Below are positions 56,932-64,000 of a stretch of DNA of 64,000 nt, piece by piece. The position numbers were made by a program, and so were the translations under genes. This DNA comes from Dehalococcoidia bacterium (GTDB lineage Bacteria > Chloroflexota > Dehalococcoidia > UBA2979), in the NCBI GenBank assembly GCA_965247925.1, contig CBDFIB010000004.1, positions 1,051,430-1,115,429 of the forward strand. Reading direction: 5' to 3'. The notes beneath the pieces are model-generated. The model was not told the DNA's origin, made no database searches, and saw only the letters and a program-made list of their open reading frames with translations. Every line of letters begins with the position of its first letter. Position 1 is the first letter of the stretch.

Positions 56932-57702
56932 GTGCTCGCGAGCGCCCTGGCAGCCGCCCTGAAGCTGCAGCGGCCGCTGGCCGTGCTCGACCTCGAGACC
57001 ACCGGACTCAACCCCGACATCGCTCGCATCGTGGAGCTCGCCGTACTCCGCATCGAGCCCTCCGGTGCGTCCAGGTTTCACTCGCGCCGCGTCAATCCGC
57101 AGGAGCCGATTCCTCCCGAGGCCACGGCGATCCACGGGATCGCCGCCGACGACGTCGCGGGCGAGCTGGCGTTCGCGGCGATCGCCGGCCGCCTGGCCCG
57201 CTTCCTCGATGGGTGCGACCTCGCCGGGTTCAACATCGCCGAATTCGATATGCCCGTGCTCGCGGCGGAGTTCCGCCGGGCGGGCCGCGAGTTCTCCGGC
57301 GAGCATCGGTACCTCGTCGATGCCTACGGCATCTTCTGCCACTACGAGAGCCGCGACCTGCCCGCGGCGTTACGCTTCTACACTGGGCGCGAGATCGAGG
57401 ATGCGCACAGCGCTGCAGGCGACGTCGTTACCACGATGCGTGTGCTCCGCGGTCAACTCCACCGCTACGGCGATCTCCCTCGTGAAGTCGCTGAGCTCCA
57501 CAAGCTCTCGGTCCGCGAACACATCGTCTGGAAGGGCGACGAGCCGTACCTGACCTTCGGCAAGCACGCCGGGCGGGCGCTCCAGCAGGCCGTGCTCGAC
57601 GATCCGGGGTACTTCGACTGGATCCTCGCCAAGGGTACGTTCCCGCTGACACTCACAGACGCCATCCGGCAATGCCGCGCCGCGGCCCACTCCCAGCAGT
57701 AG
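56932..57702 (+). CDS. DEDDh 3'-5' exonuclease (DnaQ-like) with C-terminal DUF3820-like domain
   Basis: LAVLDLETTGL, FNIAEFDMPVL, HSAAGDV exo motifs; C-terminal TFGKHAGRALQQAVLDDPGYFDWIL. GTG start proposed; lies in the frame of the artefactual 773-aa track ORF. Confidence 0.75.
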   Translation: MLASALAAALKLQRPLAVLDLETTGLNPDIARIVELAVLRIEPSGASRFHSRRVNPQEPIPPEATAIHGIAADDVAGELAFAAIAGRLARFLDGCDLAGFNIAEFDMPVLAAEFRRAGREFSGEHRYLVDAYGIFCHYESRDLPAALRFYTGREIEDAHSAAGDVVTTMRVLRGQLHRYGDLPREVAELHKLSVREHIVWKGDEPYLTFGKHAGRALQQAVLDDPGYFDWILAKGTFPLTLTDAIRQCRAAAHSQQ

Positions 57703-57749
57703 CGTCCCGGCAAGTCCTGTTACAGGGCTGGACGCAGGGCGTGAGCGCC

Positions 57750-57929
57750 TCACCGCTCGCGCGCGTACTGACTTCGAACCACGGCCCACACGAACTGAAG
57801 CCCGGCGATGGCAATGAACAGCGTCAGCACTCCGCCAATCAGCCAAGGCTGGCCCGTCTCGCGCGCAGCCATAGCAGCCCCCGCGACGCAAAGAAGAACT
57901 GTGATCAGAGCGATGACAGCAGCGATCAC
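57750..57929 (-). CDS. hypothetical 59-aa two-helix membrane peptide (below the ORF track cut-off)
   Basis: GTGA start/stop overlap with the upstream DUF2442 gene, GGGAG RBS; VIAAVIALITVLLCVAGAAMAARETGQPWLIGGVLTLFIAIAGLQFVWAVV. Confidence 0.4.
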   Translation of the reverse strand: MIAAVIALITVLLCVAGAAMAARETGQPWLIGGVLTLFIAIAGLQFVWAVVRSQYARER

Positions 57930-58192
57930 AACGATCTCCCGTCAGCCAGGCCCATGTAGAGCGCGTCGGGGCACAGCTCCAGCTCGTCGCCCCAGGCGAT
58001 GGCCCGGTGGGGGGCGATATGCACTCCCTCGAAGCATCCCGGCTCGTTCCAGGCCGTGAAGACGCCCCGGCCGGCCACGTGCGACAGATCGATCTCGCCT
58101 GCCGCGCCGTCCGAGTACCGCAGCCAGATGCGGAAGCGCTTCCGGGCTTCCACCGCGATCGGGCGAATCATCGCGCTTGCCTCCCCGGACAT
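57926..58192 (-). CDS. DUF2442 domain protein
   Basis: FRIWLRYSDGAAGEIDLSHV...IAWGDELELCPDALY; ATG 58192 follows GGAGG. Confidence 0.6.
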   Translation of the reverse strand: MSGEASAMIRPIAVEARKRFRIWLRYSDGAAGEIDLSHVAGRGVFTAWNEPGCFEGVHIAPHRAIAWGDELELCPDALYMGLADGRSL

Positions 58193-59069
58193 TCTAACCT
58201 CCGCGCATTGCGCCGCCGCTTGGTCTCCGGCTGCGCGAGTTCTACTTCCCGTCCACGGGGCACATGACATGGGACCCGTGGACGCGCCCCGACGACCCGG
58301 GGCAGGCCCTCTACCTGCCGGACTTCACCGCCGACCTGCTCGACCTGCTCACGGGACGCGAGCCGTAGCGCACCGTCGGCGCGGAGTACGACGGACGGCG
58401 GCCGGTCGCCGACCGCGAGGCGGCGCCGGGCATGGACGTCGCTGCGCTGCGCGGGCATCTCGAGCCGCGGCAGCGGCGATCGGGGATGCGCGGGGACTGG
58501 TGGCGGGGGAGCTAGCGAGCTAAGCCGCCCTCCCACTCATTGAGTGGGCTACGATGGGGTCTCATCCGCCGAGGCGTTCGCCCCTCGGCAGGATGCTTAC
58601 CATCCGCCTCGCCGAGACCCTCGCTCTCCGCATCGAGCAGCTTTCGGCGCTCCAGCATGCGGGCGAGCTGGAGCTAACGGCTTTAACGGCCACGACGATG
58701 CTCAGCGCGTCGATGGCCTCGGCGTCCGCTGCAGCCCGGGCCGCGGCGGGGGCGCAGCAGATAGGCGCCCACCCGGCTGAGCCTTCGCCCGAACCGGAAC
58801 GCCGACGCCCTCCTGTAGCACGGTCGCCTGCCCGGCCAAGCCTGTCTCCCCGAACTACGCGTCGCCGTCGCCGCTCCCGCGCCTCGGGAGCTCGAATGCG
58901 AGCCCGTCGCGTATCTCCGCGGTGTCCAGTTCGGCAAGCGGGCCAGCCGGCTGAGGCCCTCTGCAGGGCTTGTCTCTGCGTGAGCACCTCCGCGCTGCCG
59001 CGCAACCCTCGTAGCCGCCCGGCGTCACGCGGCGCCACGCGAGCGTCACGGCTGTTGCCTGCTTCCAGA

Positions 59070-59100
59070 TGTAGTTCCCACGCAGGTTGTTGCAGGTGAG
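59070..59100 (+). repeat. 31-nt conserved element, second copy
   Basis: TGTAGTTCCCACGCAGGTTGTTGCAGGTGAG; preceded by a diverged copy of the module terminus (59031..59068). Confidence 0.8.
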
Positions 59101-59169
59101 TGGCTGGGCCTGCGGCGGAGGGCTGAGGTCAGGGCGGCGGTTGGTGATCGCCAGGCTACCGCCCTGGAT

Positions 59170-59472
59170 TCACTCTCTCGTCGCCCTGCCCTCGCCCGCC
59201 GGTTCGGGTGCGGCCGCGTCATGGCCGGCGAGCATCAGGACCTGCGCCGGCGCGACATCGAGCTCCCTGGCGATCGCCTCGCAGCGCGCCACGCTGGGCC
59301 GCGTGCCGAGGCGGCTCCACTTGCTCACCGCCTCGTGCGATGTGCCGATGCGCCGCGCCAGTTCGCGCTGCGACCAGCCGCGCTCAGCGAGCGCTTCGGC
59401 GAGCCACTGCGCGAACGGCGAGGGTGTGCGGGCCGCGGCTTCCCGTTCGATCTCCGCGAGCTCGTCGACCAT
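59170..59472 (-). CDS. XRE-family HTH transcriptional regulator
   Basis: GWSQRELARRIGTSHEAVSKWSR. Confidence 0.7.
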   Translation of the reverse strand: MVDELAEIEREAAARTPSPFAQWLAEALAERGWSQRELARRIGTSHEAVSKWSRLGTRPSVARCEAIARELDVAPAQVLMLAGHDAAAPEPAGEGRATRE

Positions 59473-59607
59473 CTGCGCACCGCGCGGCGGCTCCGTGCGC
59501 TCAGCATCGGCCAGCCGGGCAAGTCCGCGCCGAACACCGCCGACGGGTCGACTCCGTTCGGCAGCTGCGCTCTAGGCCGTGGGTCATTGGTGAGGCCGAG
59601 CAGGTAG

Positions 59608-59760
59608 TCAGCGGAGACCTTCAGGGCCTGCGCGGGCCTTGGTCAGGCCTGCAACGAGCAGAGCCGATCGCCCAGCTTCGATGTGCGAGACCGTCGATGG
59701 GTCATTCCCGAGGGCAGCGGCAAGCTCTGCCTGCGTGAGTCCCCGGCTACGCCGCACTGC
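59608..59760 (-). pseudogene. XRE-family HTH gene, 5'-truncated by IS1380 copy 2
   Basis: RGLTQAELAAALGNDPSTVSHIEAG; the upstream part of the track ORF is encoded by the IS terminal repeat. Confidence 0.5.
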
Positions 59761-61433
59761 GGCTAAGCCCTGATCCACCGAAGAAGAGCGCGCGAGCGGC
59801 TGCGGTTGGGTGCTCCGCTGTAGCTGGGACAATGGGTTTTGACAAATCACGTACCAGCGACAGGGAGCACCCATTCGATGCTACCAACGAGCGACCCCGA
59901 CCGGATAGACATCGCCTTCGACGACCACCGCCTGGTGGCCGATGCGGGGCTGCTCCTCCCGGCCACGCTCGCCCAGCATCTCGGTTTGCAAGAGCTCGCC
60001 GACAGCTACCTCGACCTCGGTGACGCGGCGGGGCGCGCGAACGCCGGCGACAAGCTGCTGACCCTGGCCGCCTCGGCGCTCGCGGGCGGCGACTGCATCG
60101 ACGACGCCGCTGCGTTGCGCTCAGGCGGCGCCGGGCGCGTGCTCGGCTGCACCGTGAAGGCGCCGTCCACCCTCGGGACCTTCCTGCGCAGCTTCAGCTG
60201 GGGCCACGTCCGCCAGCTCGACCGCCTCAGCCGCGAGTTGCTCGCTCGCGGCTGGGCGGCCGGGGCGGGACCCGGCGATGCGCCGTTCACGATCGACCTC
60301 GATTCGACGCTCTGCGAGACCTACGGCCTGGCGAAGGAGGGCGCCCGCCAGCCCGGCTACAGCGGCGCGCGCGGCTATCACCCGCTGCTCGCGGTGGCGG
60401 CCGGGACGGGCGAGGTGCTGATGGCGCGGCTGCGCGAGGGCCGCGCGCACACCGCCCGCGGCGCCGCCCACTTCCTGCGTGAGACGGTGGCGCGGGTGCG
60501 CGAGGCCGGGGCGTCGGGGCAGCTCACGGTGCGCGCCGACAGCGGCTTCTACACCCACGCCGTCGTCGCCGCCTGCCGCGCGCTGGATGTCCGCTTCTCA
60601 ATCACCATTCGCCAGCAGCCGAGCGTACGCCGGCTGATCGAGGCGATAGCGGAAGAGGACTGGACGCCGATCCCGTACTGGCTGCCGGGCGGCGCCGATG
60701 TCGCCGAGACGACCTACACGCCGTTCCAGCACAAGGAGGATGCCACCCCGGTGCGGCTCATCGTGCGGCGCGTCAAGCCGGCGCCCGGCTCACAGCTCGC
60801 GCTCTTCGTGAACTATAGCTACCACGCCTTCATCAGCGATCGCGCCGGAGAGATGATGGAGCTGGAGGCCGACCATCGCCGCCACGCCGAGATCGAGAAC
60901 GCGATCCGCGATCTCAAGTACGGCGTCGGGCTGAACCATCTCCCCTCGGGCCGCTTCGCCGCGAACGCGGCGTGGCTCGCGGTGCAGGTGATCGCGCACA
61001 ACCTCGCCCGCTGGACGGCGCGGCTCGGGCTCGGCGAGGGAATCGTGACGACGAAGACGCTCAGGCGGCGCTACTTCGCTCTCGCCGGACGGCTCACCCA
61101 CTCGGCCCGGCGCTGGACCCTGCACCTCCCGAAGCGCTGGCCCTGGGCCGCCCAGTGGACAGCCGCGCTCGCGCGGTTACGGGCGCTACCGCTCCCCGCC
61201 TCACGCCCCGCCCACAGTGCTGGCCCCGGGTCCGAGGCTCGCACCAGCATGCCCGCGCACGCCTCGCGCACCCTCGCGCCCTCGCTCAGCGCCCCCGAGC
61301 GGCGCTGAGCGAGGGCTCCTCGCTCCGCTCCGCCCGCGCCGCCGCCTGGCGAACGCCGCCACACCCGCCGAACTCTCCGCCAGCCCCGCATCCCGCCCTG
61401 TCAAGCTTCGATCGGTGGATTCGGGCTTACGGC
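59761..61433 (+). mobile_element. IS1380 family insertion sequence, copy 2
   Basis: GGCTAAGCCCTGATCCACCGAAG ... CTTCGATCGGTGGATTCGGGCTTAC; inverted relative to copy 1; ends +/-3 nt. Confidence 0.85.
59878..61308 (+). CDS. IS1380 family transposase
   Basis: Same protein as copy 1 with scattered substitutions; MLPTSDPDR start as in copy 1. Confidence 0.85.
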   Translation: MLPTSDPDRIDIAFDDHRLVADAGLLLPATLAQHLGLQELADSYLDLGDAAGRANAGDKLLTLAASALAGGDCIDDAAALRSGGAGRVLGCTVKAPSTLGTFLRSFSWGHVRQLDRLSRELLARGWAAGAGPGDAPFTIDLDSTLCETYGLAKEGARQPGYSGARGYHPLLAVAAGTGEVLMARLREGRAHTARGAAHFLRETVARVREAGASGQLTVRADSGFYTHAVVAACRALDVRFSITIRQQPSVRRLIEAIAEEDWTPIPYWLPGGADVAETTYTPFQHKEDATPVRLIVRRVKPAPGSQLALFVNYSYHAFISDRAGEMMELEADHRRHAEIENAIRDLKYGVGLNHLPSGRFAANAAWLAVQVIAHNLARWTARLGLGEGIVTTKTLRRRYFALAGRLTHSARRWTLHLPKRWPWAAQWTAALARLRALPLPASRPAHSAGPGSEARTSMPAHASRTLAPSLSAPERR

Positions 61434-62805
61434 AATGCCTGCGCGCTCACGAGCAGAGGCGAGCTCGCCTGCCAGGATTGGGACTGGGATGGGGCCAATC
61501 GGTCATGGATACTTGTAGAGTCGGGGCCGACATCGGATGTGCCGCCCGGCCGCTACACCTCGGTCAGTGCGGGCGGTTCGTACGCATGCGCCATCCGGGA
61601 CTCCGGCGAGGCGATCTGCTGGGGTGTCTTCCGGCGACGTCCACCGCCGCCGGGCCGCTACACGTCAATCAGCACGGAGGCGTCGATCCGTGAACAGCAC
61701 ACCTGCGCCCTGACCGAGGCCGGCGAGGCCGTGTGCTGGGGTGGGTGGCGCTGGAGGCTCATCCCGCCCGATCCGGCGCCCGGCCGTTACACGATGATCG
61801 ATGTCGGGATCGGCGCGAGGTACTTCACGAGCTGGCCACATACCGAGTCCATGCCATATGCCTGCGCGTTGACCGAGGCCGGCGAGGCGGTCTGCTGGGC
61901 CGCACAAACGAGGCTCCTACCCGCCCCTGATCCGACCCCCGCTCGCTATACGGCAGTGGTCAACAGCACCTTCCATACGTGCGCTCTGACCGACGCGGGC
62001 GAGGTTCTCTGCTGGGGATGGAACCATTCGGGACAGGCAGAGCCACCCCCGGGCAACTACAGGTCGCTCGACGCCAGTGGCAGGTGCGCACTCACCAAGT
62101 CGGGCGAAGCGGTCTGCTGGACATTGGAGACGGAGTCACCCCCGGGCCCGTACTCGGCGATCAGCAAAGGCGGCAGTCACGCATGCGCGCTCACCGATAC
62201 TGGCGAGGCGGTCTGCTGGGGATCGAATCAGTACGGACAGTCCGACGCACCTCCGGGTCGCTACACGGCGACCGCTTCCGGCTCCTCGTACACCTGCGCG
62301 CTCACCGAAACCAGCGAGGTGGTCTGCTGGGGCGACAACGAGGATGGACAAACGGACGCACCGCCGGGCCGCTACTCGATGATTGACACAGGGCCCGATC
62401 ATGCCTGCGCCATTACCGACATCGGCGAGGCGGTCTGCTGGGGCGACAACCACTATGGGCAGACCGACGCGCCACCGGGCCGCTACTCGACGATCGTCAC
62501 GAGCGAGTTTCATACCTGCGCCCTCACCGACACCGGCGAGCCGGTCTGCTGGGGGTTGGGCGGGCACGGGCAGACAGACGGCCGGGCCGCTATGTCACGA
62601 TCGAGACGGGCCCCAGGCACGCCTGCGCCCTTACCGGCAGCGGTGAGGCCGTCTGCTGGGGCAGCAACGGGTGGAGGCAGACAGAGACGCCGCCGGGCCG
62701 CTATACCGCGCTCAGCCTGAGCGAGTCGCGGACGTGCGCGCTCAACACCGATGGCATGGTGGTGTGCTGGGGCGACACCGAGTACGAGTGGGAGCCCATC
62801 TACTA
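61434..62805 (+). pseudogene. RCC1-like beta-propeller repeat protein, 5'-truncated by IS1380 and frameshifted near 62580
   Basis: About 9 repeats of PPGRY..(S/T)..G..H.CAL...GE.VCWG.N..GQ.D. The last repeats (..PGRYVTIETGPRHACALTGSGEAVCWG..) are in another frame; stop TAG at 62803..62805. Confidence 0.75.
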
Positions 62806-62960
62806 GCAGGGTGATGAAAAAGTCCGCCGCGGCGCTTTTGGGCTGAAATCGCGCTGGTCGCGACATCAAAACCCCAATGTTTCTGGGCTCTACGCCAGCC
62901 CACCGAATGGCCAGTGAGACCCAGCGGCCCAGGATCAGGGGTTTTTCAGCAGCCTGCTAA
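62803..62960. mobile_element. MITE C (about 158 bp): same terminal repeats as MITEs A/B, unrelated core
   Basis: CTAGCAGGGTGATGAAAAAG ... GGTTTTTCAGCAGCCTGCTAA; its left CTAG contains the RCC1-like stop codon; abuts IS copy B. Confidence 0.7.
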
Positions 62961-64000
62961 CTAGCAGGCTGCTGAAGAAGCGCCTTTCGGGGTCTCGGAA
63001 TGGCGAGAGGCGGCTTGAGGCCGCCTCCGGCTTCGTGATCGCGGCCTCCTGACCTGCCTCCGGGTGCCTCTGGGGGCTCCTTGGCGGGGCGGAGGGCGCA
63101 CTGCGCCTACGCCGCGGCAGTCTCGAGCCCGGCCATGCGCACCAGGTTGTAGGCGGCGGCGGTGAGTTCCAGCCAGCCGCGGTTGCGCTCGCGGCCCACG
63201 AAGCGCAGCTTGCGCCCGCCGCCCACGGTCTTCATCCAGCCGAAGACCTGCTCCACGATCTTGCGTCGCTTCTGACTCTGCCTGTAGCCGCGATGCCGCG
63301 TGGTACGCCCGTCCACGGCGCTGCGGCGGCGGCGGTCGTTTTGCGCCACGTGCGGCGTCACGCCGCGCGCGCGCAGCGCCGCCACGAAGTCGCGCGTGTC
63401 GTAGCCGCGGTCGGCGCCCAGCGTCCCGCAGCCGCTCACGCTGCGCTCCAGCATCGTGACCGCCGCTCGGCGTACCCGTTCGCCTCGGTCAGCTCCACAT
63501 CCAGCACCAGGCCGTGCCGGTTCTCGGTCAGCAGATGGCCCAGGTAGCTCAGTTTCGCTGTCTGCCCCGACCCCTTTGTGTACAGCCGCGCCTCCGGGTC
63601 CGTGCCGGAACTATGCGTATCACGGCTGCGCCGCCGCCCCCGGAAGTCGACATCCGGGTTGCGCCCGCCCGGGGGTGGCTCCTGCTCGTCGCGCGGGCGG
63701 TAGCTCTTGAGCGAGGCCCAGGCCTCGAGCAGCGTCCCGTCCACCGTGAAGTGCTCGGCGGAGAGCAGCCGGCGCCGCTTCGCCTCGGCCACCACCTCGG
63801 CGAAGAAGGCGCGCGCGACATCGGCGGCGAGCAGGCGCTCGCGGTTCTTGGAGAAGGTCGAGGCGTCGAACGGTGCGTCTGAGATGTTGAGGTCGAGGAA
63901 CCACTTGAAGAGCAGGTCGTAGCGCAGCCGCTCGCAGAACTGGCGCTCGCTGCGCACCGAGTAGAGGGCGATCAGCAGGCTCGCCTTGAGCAGGTGCTCG
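62961..64000 (-). mobile_element. IS5/IS1182-like insertion sequence, copy B (runs past right edge), intact terminal repeat
   Basis: CTAGCAGGCTGCTGAAGAAGCG...; 62974..64000 collinear with 846..1872. Confidence 0.85.
63107..63957 (-). pseudogene. IS5/IS1182-like transposase, same -1 frame break as copy A
   Basis: ORFs 63107..63454 and 63436..63957 overlap exactly like 979..1326 and 1308..1829; 3 aa substitutions between copies. Confidence 0.8.

Noticed and set aside
55381-57702. 773-aa ORF, the longest in the track
   Set aside because: It is an open frame produced by GC richness. Its first 500 codons are Arg/Ala/Pro-rich and out of frame with the clearly recognisable TnpB (55595..56815). Only the last roughly 257 codons (exonuclease, from 56932) look like a real protein.
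58593-58800. Possible ribbon-helix-helix protein (MLTIRLAETLALRIEQLSAL...)
   Set aside because: The N terminus has an RHH-like flavour and high GC3. However, the ORF continues into Arg-rich nonsense and into the diverged module end. No RBS or partner toxin was seen, so it is too uncertain to list.

Overview
Visibly GC-rich bacterial DNA (roughly two-thirds G+C by eye, not computed; taxon not assignable). Most of the window is accessory DNA saturated with mobile elements, set around two blocks of ordinary acyl-CoA metabolism: 2210-4772 and 41019-53631 (acyl-CoA dehydrogenase, four family III CoA-transferases, enoyl-CoA hydratase, thiolase-like/DUF35 pair, nitroreductase, and a peptide-type ABC importer lacking ATPase genes). 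By eye I find two copies each of an IS110/IS1111-like IS, an IS5/IS1182-like IS, an IS1380 IS and a group II intron. There is also one true IS5, one complete and one remnant IS21, an IS481 fragment, one TnpB gene plus a TnpB fragment, three MITEs sharing the IS5/IS1182-like terminal repeats, and assorted IS debris. Several elements are nested: IS5 inside a group II intron inside IS21, and IS110 inside istB and inside an IS terminal repeat. The region 26.7-38.1 kb is a decayed type I restriction-modification locus that works as a defence/toxin-antitoxin island. It holds intact hsdS, truncated hsdR and hsdM, an embedded KAP P-loop NTPase, HicAB, DUF4160/DUF2442, DUF433/DUF5615, HepT/MntA and an AbrB-domain gene. 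A second hsdR remnant there is split by a 4.8 kb insertion flanked by a 9-bp direct repeat. Other toxin-antitoxin-type genes are RES-Xre, a dead HigB-like toxin with an intact antitoxin, a PIN fragment and Fic. The most interesting signals are: (1) a bipartite, opposite-strand match between the 3' non-coding arm of the IS110-like element and its own insertion site, consistent with a bridge RNA guide loop; (2) a 0.54-0.74 kb module present three times that conserves a 45-aa hydrophobic peptide; (3) the DR-flanked 4.8 kb cargo insertion; (4) the KAP NTPase embedded between hsdM and hsdS. No tRNA, rRNA or CRISPR array was seen. Many long ORFs in the supplied track are GC-driven antisense artefacts. 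All family assignments come from motif recognition by eye, not from searches.
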